DNA of 64,000 bases from Orbicella franksi. Its lineage: Eukaryota. Position numbers and translations under genes: made by a program. This document shows positions 12,262 through 23,729 of the stretch, in pieces (within the stretch, counting starts at the first letter, position 1; every line of letters starts with the position of its first letter). The stretch covers positions 5,704,001-5,768,000 of the forward strand of contig OZ116698.1 of assembly GCA_964199315.1 (NCBI GenBank), written 5' to 3'. The notes below the pieces were generated by a model that ran no database searches, had not been told where the DNA came from, and was given only the letters and a program-made list of their open reading frames with translations.

Positions 12262-14341
12262 GCCAGCCGAAAGCAGTGCAACTTGAAGTCTACCTAAGCT
12301 AATGTTGGTCTCTCAGCCTCGCTTGTGGTGCTTTTGTCGGGTGATGTGAGTTCAAATCCTGGCCCTGTTAAAGATCCGTGTGCTGTCTGCTCGAAAGGAT
12401 GTCGCTCAAATCAAAAAGCAGTTCAATGCGATGAGTGTAACAAATGGTACCACGCGAAATGTATGAACATGGGCTTTGAGGAGTATCACTCACTTGTGAT
12501 AAATGAGTCTTCTAACTGGATGTTTCACTTGTTTATTTCCTAGCGTAAATTCCTTAAATGATTTAAGCAGTAGCAATTTGACCTTACAACATCCTGAAGA
12601 TTTTAATGATCAGTCTGAAATCCGTTTGTTGCAAGGTTTCAGGATTGCCCATTTAAACGTTAACCGCCTGCTGAATAAACTCGACTATGTCAAAGAATTT
12701 GTGAACAAGCATTCTATTGACATTTTGACTCTGTCGCAAACATGGCTAACTCCAGATTTATGGATGACGAAGTTACTTTGCAAGGCTTCTCGCTGGCACG
12801 AAAGGATAGGGTCAGCTTGGTTAAAAGTTGTGGTGGAGGAGTCATGATTTTTTGTTCGAGACGGCATACCTTTTGTGGTTAAGTCTGATCTCACATCCAA
12901 CTGTTTTGAATGCTTGTGGGTGGATGTTAAGCGACCTAAATGTAGGCGATTGACTATATGCTGCAGCTATAGACCTGGAGATCAAAATATCGATGATTTT
13001 ATTTCATATCTGGATGATGCTCTTAACATGATTGGTACTGACCACTGTGATTTGTTTTAATGGGAGATTTTAATGTTGACTACTCTTCAAAGAAAAATCA
13101 TTTACACCATAAATTAAAAGAATTTGCATCTAATCACAGCCTTACACAGATTGTTAACAAGCCTACCCGTGTTACTGAGAATTCTAGCACCACGATAGAC
13201 TTAATTTTTGTCAACAACTCTCATAGGATCGTGCAGTCAGATGTTCTTGATGCAAGCATAAGCGACCACAGAGTTGTTTTTGTACCATCAAAGGGGGTGT
13301 CAAAAAACTACTGCCCAAGGTGTTTGAGTATCGCTGTTTCAAAAACTATGATAAAGATGCATTTCTGAAAGACTTAAATTACGTTCCATGGTCTATTATT
13401 GAGAGCGCAAATGATGTTAATGATGCTTTATGCCTTTGGGAGAGCCTTTTCAAAAGCGTTGCCGACGATCATGCTCCGATGAAAACAAAACGAGTTAAGG
13501 GAAAACAGTCTCCTTGGATTACAAAAAAGCTTTTAGGAATACGGCGTGATCGTGATTACCATAAAAAGAAGGTACGAATTTTAAATTCCAAGTACAGCTG
13601 GCAAATGTACCGAAAGCTGAAAAACTGTGCAAATCGAGAGGAGAGAAGGCTTAAATCGGAATATTATTGCCGTTTAATAGAGGATGCTAACGGTGACAGT
13701 TGCAGGATGTGGAAAGCGATCAAAGAAACTCTTCCATCTAATCGCTGTGAGATTAACGCAATCTTTTCTGATGGGAAATTGCAAACTGATCCTACAAGCA
13801 TTGCCGAAACTTTGAATAATCATTTCTCAAGCATTGGCAAGAAGCTTGCCAAAGCTTTTAGTGGTGTTTTGCTGGATCAGTGCTTTGCATGCAGCTCAAA
13901 GTTTTCTCTCCAGCCCGTAATAATATCCTTTGTTGAAGAGCAGTTGAGTCAGCTGAAGATCAATAAGGCCATTGGACTGGATAACATCAGTGCTCGCCTG
14001 CTCAGAGATTCAGCAAGTGTACTCGCTCGTTCACTATGATATATCATAAACCTGTCCCTGGAAAGTGGCCGATTCCCATCTTCATGGAAATGTGCTAAAG
14101 TAACTGCGCTCTTTAAGCAAGGTGACAGAAGTGATAAAGATAACTACTGCCTGATTTCTATCCTTCCCACGGTCAGCAAAGTGATCGAGAAAGCTGTACA
14201 TTCTCAACTTTATGGCTACCTTGCTTCCAATAACCTTTGTTTTGTTAACCAATTTGGTTTCAGACGTGGAAGATCTACCAGTCTAGCTTTAACTCAGTTT
14301 ACCGATGAGGTACTAGGAAATTTGGACAAAGGATTAGTTGA
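12262..14341 (+). mobile_element. CR1/L2-group LINE ORF2 (2A-like peptide, PHD finger, APE endonuclease, RT N-half), frameshifted and 3'-truncated
   Basis: CAVCSKGCRSNQKAVQCDECNKWYHAKC (PHD); HLNVNRLLNK, GDFNVD and SDH (APE); KAIGLDNISARLL and QFGFRRGRST (RT). Confidence 0.9.
12313..12366 (+). other. 2A-like (StopGo) peptide variant at the LINE ORF2 N-terminus
   Basis: SASLVVLLSGDVSSNPGP; the canonical motif is GD(V/I)ExNPGP. Confidence 0.6.
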
Positions 14342-15033
14342 CGGTGTTCATATGGTGTTGCCAGGGGTTGCAGGAATGAAACGCTTTTCTTATTTTGCTT
14401 GTTTTCTGGAAGTAACTTTGCGGTGGTCTCACTCTTGGCATGCTCATAAACCAGTTCTTCGGCCTCAGCCTTTGAGATTTCAGCTTTAAGTTTTAATTGA
14501 GTTTTGCATTGGCGTAATTTCATTTCTCATTCTTCAATCTCATGCAGCCTCCTAAGCGTTGCGACTTCAGCTTTTAAAATAGCCGTTTTTGCTGCGGCTC
14601 TTGCCCTGGTGCTAGCGGAAGAATTATGCGACATAGGTGACAAACGCGAAGAGCGTGGTGATCGTGACGAGTGTGACATGACAGTCCTTAAACTAGCGTT
14701 TGAAATACTGTCTTTGGGATTTATCTCATAAGATCTTAGTAACCTTGAAGCTTCCACCCTAGCTAGCAAAACGTCTACGTTTTCTTGAAGCTGTTCTACT
14801 TCACTGAGAACTGATTCGTAATAATTTCCGGATTCTCCGATTGGCTCTGGATCTTCTAATTGATTATGAAACGCCCCGTGTGCCTCTTGAAATTTCTTAA
14901 ACACTTGCTCTCGTTCAGCTGACTTTTTTATTACTTCATCTGCATTGCTTTCCTCAGTCATTAGACTGGAAATCTCCTTAATCTTCTTAGTCATGATGCC
15001 TTTTGCGCTGCTGCATGCCTTCTTTGTTTCCAT
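14342..15033 (-). pseudogene. gag: BEL/Pao gag N-terminal fragment
   Basis: AKG.MTKKIKEI...FQEAH..FH..LED...INPKDSISN...RARAAAK.A.LKAE pattern typical of BEL/Pao gag; no pol follows. Confidence 0.65.
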
Positions 15034-15623
15034 GGTGTCTCGATTATGTTAAGGTATCAGTATAACCCATTTGACCATTGGTGTGCAGTCCACTCTAGCG
15101 TTCGTGGTTTAAACAAGAACCGATATAAACCATATATTTATTGGAAGCTCAATAACTACAGATTGTGACCCGACCTGTTTAAAATGGTAAAAACTGGCCG
15201 TGTTTCGAAAATGTGAATATGTTTACAAAGCTTCACAAACCCATAAATCAAGGTATACACGCGTTAAATTTAGGTCGGTGAAAACTAACATGGCGTCCAT
15301 TTCTTCACACATTGACCTCAAAAACCATGTCTCAGATTTTTGGGACGTGCGTTTGTTATTATTTTACAAGAGGATAAAGTTAGAAAAGGGAAAAAATAGG
15401 ACTGCCCGCGGAAAAGAGGCATAACATTTTAAAGAAAAGAATAATCAAAATTTGCAGACAAGGTTTTGTCGGCAAACATTCTGACAACATTCTCTCCAAA
15501 TTTCAGCCAATTTGGTCCAGGGGCTGCCGACCTGGAACTCGAAATGCACGTACAACTCGCCTATTTCTTACTTTCGAGAAACAGAAAAAATATAATTCGG
15601 CAGCATTGAGGTGTTATGAGATT

Positions 15624-15830
15624 CCCGGGGGGTGGGGTACTTGGGTCAATCTTTGTTGGCTATGTGCCGCTGGCCTCTCAGAACCCCTACTCCATTATAG
15701 TCATATTTTATGGCCAATTATAGACCCCATCTTAGTCACTTTTGGGTAAATGTAATTTTCACGACCCCAACTTAGTCACCATTTGTTTTTGCGTCTACCG
15801 TATAAATCCTTTTAACTAAGTCTTTCTAAA
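15624..15830 (+). repeat. Dispersed non-coding repeat (CCCGGGGGGT..GGGTACTT...CCCCATTATAGTC family)
   Basis: Shares GTGCCGCT and CCCCATTATAGTC-type blocks with an inverted related copy at about 25000-25185. I recall this family from coral genomes. Confidence 0.45.
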
Positions 15831-15879
15831 ATGAATTGACACATTTAATAAACTGAATGAAGAACACTTTACTTTACAA

Positions 15880-16380
15880 CTACACTTTAAACATTCTGGT
15901 ACATTTGCTTACCATAAACATTTGCAGACATACCATCATAAATAGTTGAAATGCAAACGTTCTTCTTTAATGGTAACATTACACTAGCACTGACATTATA
16001 ATAGCATTTTTGATGTGGATAAAAGCAATTTATAGAACTTTCAGATCAGAAAGTTCATAATCGTAATGAAGATACCAGCAGTACCGTTTTATCTGTGCTA
16101 ATAACACAACTGTTTCAGTGGTACTTTTAAAACATTATACACATTTTGGTACATTTGGTAACTACTTTATACTGTCATAAATAGTTGAAATGCAAACATT
16201 CTTCTTTAACGAGAACATTACTATAGAGTTTCTTCAATGGATAAAAACAACTTTAATAATAATTATATTGAACTTACAGATCAAAAGATTCATACTCTCA
16301 GTAAAAATACTGCCGGCAATACCTTTTTATCAGTACTTAGTTAATACAACTGTTTCAACAGTACTTTCAAAACACTTGTG
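15880..16380. repeat. Degenerate tandem duplication, unit about 250 bp
   Basis: CATAAATAGTTGAAATGCAAAC.TTCTTCTTTAA and CAACTGTTTCA..GTACTTT.AAAACA each occur twice about 250 bp apart. Confidence 0.6.
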
Positions 16381-17417
16381 CAAAATTTTATGACACATTT
16401 GTGTGTTGTGTTTTGGTAGGCCCTTTTCTTAAATGTAATTAAGTCTTCGTAAATTAAACGCTAAAATTCTGATGCTATCCGAAGAAGTTAAACAAAATGT
16501 TCAAGCGACACAACCTTTGTCCAATCTAGTTTTGCGAACAATGGTTTAGTAACTTCAAAGCTATCTTTAAAAAAAGCAACAAACTCAATGAGCTGTATTC
16601 CTAGCAGACATAAGACATTGCATTTTATTCATCGTCATACCAAAGAACAGTTCGTACTCTGTTTGAATGCCTTAGTCAAAAATCATGACCAAGGAGGCCC
16701 CAAAAATGGGAATAGAATTCGGTTGGAAAACCGTCAGTTCTTGGCTATTTACCGTATTCCATTTGTGACAAAGTGGCATGACATTCTGAAAAAGTCAGCT
16801 TGCCCTCGCAAAGTTTCTGATCTTCGGATGACATAGTGGAATCAAGCTATTCTAAAAGCCAGTCTTGGCTCTGCGGTCAACAGGTCCCTCAGTGAAAAAA
16901 GTATTATAAAAGGCGTGGCATTCCTAAAGAATGCCCTGGGAGGTTTTAACCGTAGTGTTATTGTCTGTGCATAATGCGTGGATAGCATTGCGTGACTAGC
17001 GCGAGTTCTCGAGCTGGTAGAAATACCGCATTGGTTTTTCCCCGAGCTCAGTCCACTGTTCTTTACTACGGAGTATGCAGCCTTCAATCACTTCATCGTC
17101 CATTGCTCGTAAAAGGTCTTTGATCTCAAGCAACTGGGAGCAATGATCTCCGTTGTTCAGATCCGCACGTGATTGAAGGTTGCAAAATTCCCTTTCGAGA
17201 GCGGCACACTCTTGCTTTCGAGTGTTTCCGGCAGCCATGCTGTGGGCAATGGCAATTTCTTTAAGTTGAAGTTTGCCCGCATCCCACCAAACCCTAGGGT
17301 GTGTGAATATGGGTTTTCTTAATTGCCATTGTGGTCAGAAATTATTCACTTCGGCACAGAAATCTTCTGATTTTAATAGCCGCGTGTTAAATTTCCAGAC
17401 ACCTCACCCACGGGGAT

Positions 17418-17505
17418 AGACCATTTCAAGGTTACCGACGCCATTTTGCCGGGGGTGCAAAACTATTGGGGCGAGCGCGCGGCCAAGCCTGAAAATGCTA
17501 ATGGC
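17418..17505 (+). repeat. Left TIR of ISL2EU
   Basis: AGACCATTTCAAGGTTACC...AATGGC, inverted at 22302-22389. Confidence 0.92.
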
Positions 17506-17508
17506 GAC

Positions 17509-18938
17509 ATGGCCAACTAATCTGTTGTTACGCCAAGCCACGCTCGTTGTGCAGGGGGATTTTGTGATAATGATAAAAGATATCCAGAACTCGCTTATGT
17601 TAGATCGCATGTGCAGAAATTGACTTATCACAAGTGGCCAGTTGACCCTAAACTTGCCGAAAAATGGCGCAAGCAAGTAGCGAAGACACAAGGTGATGTT
17701 TTCAACCCACCGCCTGGCACTAGTGGGACTTTTGTCTGTTCAAATCATTTTCCTTTGGGGAGAACCCCCAGAAACCCTGAAACTGACTTTCCATTGTTTT
17801 TTTTGACTGTTTCCGATTATCTACAAAAGAGGTCGCCTAAGAAAAGGAAAGCAAACAAGTTACAAGAAGCTGGTGCTTCAAGGTACTTGCCTTTCAGCAG
17901 CAGCTGCAAAGATGATGATGAGAGCTCAAGTGACGATAATGAAGATTTGGAAACTGAGGTGGACTACTCTGTTTCAGTTCCTATGCAGTTTGAACAGCTA
18001 ACCAGAGAATTGGAAGTGAACGTTTACACAGGTTTGCCGTCTACTGAAACATTTAAGTTCCTATTTGATTATTTAAGTGAAAAGGCTCGGTCAATGTAGT
18101 ATTGGAGGGGAGAAAAACACAACTAGAGACACCTCAGCCTCCTCCTTTGGAGTTGGCAACAGGTTTTACTAAAGGACGACCAGGACCTGAAAGAAAGCTC
18201 ACACTGCAGCAAGAATTTCTACTGACTTTAATGAAACTAAGACTAGCTCTTTTGACTACTGATTTGGGATTTAGGCTCCATGTGTCAGCTACCACTGTCA
18301 GCAGTATTTTCATTACATGGGTTAAGCTCATGTCTAAGGAACTGTCAGTGTTAATCGTGTGGCGTAGTCGTCAACAGGTCAAGAAAACTCTCCCGTTATG
18401 TTTTAGGATGCTGTACCGCAAAGTAAGATGCATTAGTGACTGCTTTGAGTGCTTCACAGAAACCCCTAGTGGACTTGATTTGGCAGCAGCCCTATGGAGT
18501 GAATATAAACATCACTACACATTCAAAGTGCTTGTTGCAATTACTCCAAATGGAGCTATTTCATATGTTTCACCATGTTATGGAGGAAGGGCATCTGATA
18601 TTTTTGTGGTGAGAAACAGTGGATTTTTGAACATGATTGAACCCTATGATGAAGTCATGGCAGACAGAGGGTTTAAGATCAGAGAAGACTTGATGATGCA
18701 CAAGGCAACACTATGCATACCACCTAGCTGTGCATCATCTATGCAGCTGTTACTAAGGGATGTTAAAGAAACATTGAACATTGCAAATGTCCGGATCTAT
18801 GTGGAGCAAGCCATCGGACGGCTTAAAGTTTTTCTTCTCTGAAAGAATGAATTGCCTATCACTCTGCTTCCCCTGGCTGATGACACTGTTCGTGTCTGCT
18901 GCACATTATGTAATTTTCTCCCACCCCTCTGTGTCTAA
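17509..18938 (+). pseudogene. ISL2EU transposase (THAP, HTH, DDE_Tnp_4), with stops and frameshifts
   Basis: THAP (HKWP.DP...KW...VCSNHF); QEFLLTLMKLRL; ISDCFE, KHHYTFKVLVAITPNGAI, GGRASD, MADRGF, IANVRIYVEQAIGRLK. Confidence 0.9.
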
Positions 18939-19958
18939 TAATATTATTTGTATGTGTCTGGATAAACAGGGTTAGGCAGGCATGATAGCACCGCCACAAT
19001 TCCTCCCCCCCCCCCCGCCCTGTACTAACTGGGCTCATAACAGGGCACAGCCTAGTACCTAAGCTACTTTGGAAGGTAGCTATATGTAATTTTTTTTACA
19101 GGAAATGTGTATAGATTTGATCACGAGGAGAACATTTCAACCATTAAAAGATTTAGTAGCCATGGAATAAGGCGGGAACACACCTGAAGCCCGTTTTTCT
19201 CCACCACTTTTCTCCTGTTTCAATAATTCCCAAAACCCTCAGCTCTTCTCACAAAGCTATGCTTAGCGGTGTTTTGTAAATTTTTGGGTGATTTTGGGGG
19301 ATGTCTGGGAAGAGATAGTTTTCCTCAAAGGATTAGTAAAATTTGGAGAAATAAGAAATATTAAAGATTTAATGTGATTTTTAAATTAGAATTTGAAATT
19401 AAAAATTAGTAGATGGACACCCAAACAGTCCTGACAACCTGGGGTGCTCTTGCATGGGGGTCAACTGTCTGGTGGTGTTCCAAAAAATATTTTCTTTCTT
19501 CTATCCCATGTTTAAACCTCTTAAAAATTCACTCAAATTCATGTTTACCCCCACCTTAATAAATAAATTTATTAAACTCAACAAAATTAAGGAAAGACTC
19601 AGCTAACTCTGAATTCTTATTTTCTCAAGAAAGTCAGATCAAGTAATGTGGGGCAATTTGGTACAAAAAGTGCATTATTGACCAACTAGTGGCCTATTAA
19701 CTTTTCTTGCATTTTAAATTTTATGCTTTTGCATAACTATGCAAAGCTTTTATCCGAACAATCTGTTTCATTTTTTCATCCCTTATATACATAAACACCA
19801 ACTATTTTTACAATTATCAAAATTTAGGCAAAAAAAATTTCAGAGAAATTAGAGTTTTTTCATTGTAACTTAAACAAATGCTCCTATTACAGAAAAACTG
19901 GACAGATCAGTTAGGAGAATTTGTGAGTCAATGTTAAACAATGTTAAGCCTTTTATGG

Positions 19959-22154
19959 TTAATCTTCACTGCAATAATCACAAATGAGATCTGCAGAGCT
20001 TGTAATATTTTCATGGTTGCTACACCAAGCGTGGACAGCTTGTTTGCAGATTGTACATACATGCTCTCCATTAACAGGGATGCTCTTCATTGAACAAACA
20101 GGGCAAACATAATTCATGGCATCAGATGCAGCACCTTGCTCTGATTCCTGAGCAAAATTAAATTTAAGTTCATCTTCAGTGTCAGTGTTATTGATGTTTG
20201 CTGCATCTGTCAGACAGCACTGGCACACCCAAGAATCCAATGCATTTGCAGCACTCATGGTGAGGTCAGCACATGGCAAGTGCCACCATGTGCTGCAGCT
20301 GTCACAGAAGATGCTGTTCTCCTTTGGAGAATCACTGATTTCATCCTCCTCCAAAATTACTTTACTGCACTTCGGGCACTCAAAAATGTTCCTGTACCCC
20401 AGCAGACATGGCAATACAAATGACTTGTAAAACAGTGTAATATTGCTGACAACATTCAGACAAAATTCAATGTCAAGTTCCACTCGTTCATAGAAAAGAG
20501 GGCCACCCTGTGTCCAAACAGTGAAATAACCATGACTGGCACCAACAACCCACATCTGAGCCTGCATTTGGGTATAATATTTGTGGGTGCATTTCAGGCG
20601 AGGTTTACCATTAAAATCTTCAAGGAAGTCAACACGGTCATATGTTTCCTTGACATGAAGGTTGTCATTTCTCACTGAGTAAGGGCACTTTGCTTCAATA
20701 ATTGAAAGGCCATGGCATCTGCGGTAAAACAAGCCTTCCGGTGAAGCAGCGAGGTAGGGGTAGTCAGGCTTTATAAACAATCCACACTGTTTAAAGCCCT
20801 GCAGTCCACCATCATGTTGTGAAGCAACATCAGACATAAAGGATTTGATTGCATCCTTCTCGTGGGCATTTCCCCAGTTGATCTGAGTCAGGTGAGAGAC
20901 ATCATTTTTGTTCAACAGGCTTGACACAAGTGAACTGTAAACCGGTTTCTTGTCACTGTGGCCTTTCCGGTTGAGAATGGTTTGTGTCTTTGTGTGGAAT
21001 GTGTGGAAATTGGAAGCTGTTACTCTTCCAATCCTCTGCTGATACCACAGTTCATTTGTGCTCTGGCCACGGGTTTCAACTTCCACTTTTGCAACTTGGT
21101 CTTTTGTCATTTGGCAGTCTTTGAGAAAAAGTGGAGCTGTCTGCTCTAGTGGCTTGCCTTTCATTTCCTCAGATGCCATAAAGGTTAGGGCTTTCTGAGG
21201 GAGAGGTTCGGGAAGACCATCATCTTTTGTGTGCTCTATGGAATAGAGCACACATGCTGATGGAATATTTTCCATAACGCTAGTGACCAAGGCTGACACT
21301 CTTTCATTGGTCAACTGTCTATCTTGAGGTTTCCTTGGGTCAAACTGGTTCTTTAACTTTAAACTCGCCTCTTGATCTCTCGCATTGTTCTTGTGAGTTT
21401 TCTTGTCTTTGCAAAAGACAAGGTTCTTGATCTGGCTTGGCTGCACATCTTTCTTTGTACCTCTGTTCCATCCCTGCAGAACACTTGTGCAAGCTGGAGA
21501 GATGTATGCTTTCTTATAAGCAAAGTTCACTTTGTACATCAAAGCAATAACATGATTGCAGACTTCTGCAGTACCAGCAGTGCATGTACACCATGAAGTG
21601 ATAATTCTGCAGTTGTTTTTCATGCCTTCCAAACAAATCCATACTTTGTGTGGGTCATCACGAAGCTTCTGGGAGGGAGAAACACACCCCTCAAGAAACA
21701 TTTGTTTGCTGTCTACAGGGCATGTTGTAAACAACACAGTGTCAACAAAACCACTCATCCAATATGAGTAGGCTTTCTGATCCTTGTACTTTCCGATGTA
21801 TTCCACATCAACAGCTTTTGTTTGCAAAATGTAGCTGAACAGTTTACTGTCATCTATTTCTGGCCACTTTTTTACGTCATCAATCCAGGCGTCATGCGGT
21901 ATGTTATTGGGGTTGCTCTTTATTTCATTTGACTTCAACCTTCCTGTATATTCTTCTTTGATCTGACAGTAGATTTTTCCTTGAGTGAACTTTATGGGTG
22001 CATTAAGTTCATAAACTCCAAATGCTCTAGCAACAAGCTCAGACTTACGGCCAGTTTGCTTCAGTCCTCTGAGGGAGAGAAAATCCTTGAGCGACAACAC
22101 AGTCCAGCCGAGGAAGTCGTCATATTGCAGAACTTCTTCTGCATGTCGAGGCAT
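19959..22154 (-). CDS. ISL2EU accessory protein: SAP, SWIM, YqaJ/lambda-exonuclease-like nuclease, two PHD-like fingers (731 aa)
   Basis: LKDFLSLRGLKQTGRKSELVAR (SAP); CTCTAG...CNH (SWIM); TASNF, WGNAHE, LAASPEG, EAKCP and YYTQMQAQM (YqaJ); two C-terminal C4HC3 clusters. Confidence 0.9.
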   Translation of the reverse strand: MPRHAEEVLQYDDFLGWTVLSLKDFLSLRGLKQTGRKSELVARAFGVYELNAPIKFTQGKIYCQIKEEYTGRLKSNEIKSNPNNIPHDAWIDDVKKWPEIDDSKLFSYILQTKAVDVEYIGKYKDQKAYSYWMSGFVDTVLFTTCPVDSKQMFLEGCVSPSQKLRDDPHKVWICLEGMKNNCRIITSWCTCTAGTAEVCNHVIALMYKVNFAYKKAYISPACTSVLQGWNRGTKKDVQPSQIKNLVFCKDKKTHKNNARDQEASLKLKNQFDPRKPQDRQLTNERVSALVTSVMENIPSACVLYSIEHTKDDGLPEPLPQKALTFMASEEMKGKPLEQTAPLFLKDCQMTKDQVAKVEVETRGQSTNELWYQQRIGRVTASNFHTFHTKTQTILNRKGHSDKKPVYSSLVSSLLNKNDVSHLTQINWGNAHEKDAIKSFMSDVASQHDGGLQGFKQCGLFIKPDYPYLAASPEGLFYRRCHGLSIIEAKCPYSVRNDNLHVKETYDRVDFLEDFNGKPRLKCTHKYYTQMQAQMWVVGASHGYFTVWTQGGPLFYERVELDIEFCLNVVSNITLFYKSFVLPCLLGYRNIFECPKCSKVILEEDEISDSPKENSIFCDSCSTWWHLPCADLTMSAANALDSWVCQCCLTDAANINNTDTEDELKFNFAQESEQGAASDAMNYVCPVCSMKSIPVNGEHVCTICKQAVHAWCSNHENITSSADLICDYCSED

Positions 22155-22301
22155 CTAAAAAGAATATTTCGCCAATTACACCAGAGCTGAAGTGGTGCAA
22201 ATTAAAAATCAAAGTTTCGGCAAGATATTTCTCATATCAAGAGATACTGTAGTCTTTTTTTCTGCAGAAAGAATAGCGAAGCACTTCAGCTATTCTTCTA
22301 T

Positions 22302-22389
22302 GCCATTTGCAATTTCAGGCTTGGCTGCGTGCTCGCCCCAGTAGTTTTGCACCCCCGGCAAAATGGCTTTGGTAACCTTGAAATGGTCT
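22302..22389 (-). repeat. Right TIR of ISL2EU
   Basis: Reverse complement of 17418-17505. Confidence 0.92.
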
Positions 22390-23071
22390 ATTTTAATGCC
22401 CGAGTTGTATTTTAATAGACACCATATGGTGGTCAGAGTACGAAAAGGGGTCGCAAGTGTGGTTATGCACTTGTGATCTCCACGCTATCGGGGTATAAAA
22501 GCGGTCCAAACAGCAACCGACCAAGTGTGGACCATTGAACCAAGTGAAGAGTTTTAACCGGATTTTTCACTTGGAAGACATCCTCTAGAGAAAGTGAATC
22601 TGCAAAGGCATGCAAATGCGTGATTCCGTCATCTCCAAAGGTGTCATCACCTCCCCATTTATCCAGAAGGACATCTGGGAGGCAATTGAAAGCGCCGGTC
22701 ATAATCGTGTCAACATTACGAAACACAAGACGCCACAAAGTGCTGAAAAATATCTCGTGATCGGAATGTTTGTTTGGAGCGTAAACATTGATAATTTGAA
22801 AGACTCGGTCACTTTGTTTTAGTTTGACAACTAGGACACGGCCGTCCGTGTCTATATTATGGCTAACAATTTCAGTCGAGCTCCCAGGATTGAGAAGTAA
22901 GCCCACCCCATTTGATCTGTTTGTACTGTGAGACCAAAGTGTGTGACCGCCCCATTGTTTCTCCCAAAGCTCACATTGCGTGACATCCGGTAAATGTGTC
23001 TCCTGGAGGAGATAGATGTCAAAATGCTGATCAAGTAATTTCTTAAATACTTTTTCGCATTTGGGAAGTTC

Positions 23072-23729
23072 GGGTGAAGTCACACTGGAGGGAAATTTCA
23101 GATTTGTTCTGGACAAATCCGACTTGAAATCCGCCAGTGACAAAAAATTTGTCTGGAAAGCTTCAGTCGGACTTGAGAACAAAATCTGTGAATAAACACC
23201 ACGCCATGCTGTGAACAGCTGACAAAGATGTGCAGCACGAAGAAGTTGGGGTTGATGCCGGCATTGAGCTGTCTTCACTGAACTGAAGGGATTCTGGCAA
23301 CGAGTCAGTGCTTGTGATTGAAGGAGATGGGCTGGGATTTCCTCGATCATTAAACATGTAAGGGCCTGGCAAAGGATAGATCCACCCTGGTGCATATTGT
23401 GGAAATTCGTACGGAAAAAATTGGTCGCACGCGCCTGGATTGATGTTGCAAAATGAGCACGTGATTAATTTTACCACGAAGTCTATCGCATAGACTCTGC
23501 TACATATCACCTGTCAAATCATTTCCGAATCAAAACACCCTTGCTTTTGTTTTCCAAGATTTGTCTCAATTTGGCCAGCTCCAGAGGTAGTCGATGGCAT
23601 CTTTGAAGTTTGTCCGTGTGTGACCAAATTTTGTCCTTTGGGAAACAAACCGGTCACACTTGGTTTTTCATTGCGATGACGGATTTTTGACATAAGTAAA
23701 CAGTTTTGTCCTCTAGTACGACTTGGCCC
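23072..23729. mobile_element. 658-bp non-autonomous DNA transposon (Harbinger-like) inside the Tx1 endonuclease
   Basis: Imperfect TIR GGGnnAAGTCnnACTnGAGG; 3-bp TSD TTC (23069-23071, 23730-23732). Removing it restores TINVNDIAE-LPKCEKVF. Confidence 0.75.

Larger units (their letters stand above)
17418..22389. mobile_element. ISL2EU (IS5/PIF-Harbinger-related) DNA transposon, full length
   Basis: 88-bp TIRs with 7 mismatches; 2-bp AT TSD (17416-17417, 22390-22391); convergent THAP-DDE transposase and YqaJ nuclease genes. Confidence 0.92.

Noticed and set aside
18975-19950. A further MITE between the two ISL2EU genes
   Set aside because: AT-rich and repeat-like, but I could not define matching ends or a TSD.
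19959-22154. YqaJ recombinase as evidence of phage or bacterial contamination
   Set aside because: It is fused to SAP, SWIM and PHD domains and lies within ISL2EU TIRs nested in a eukaryotic LINE.
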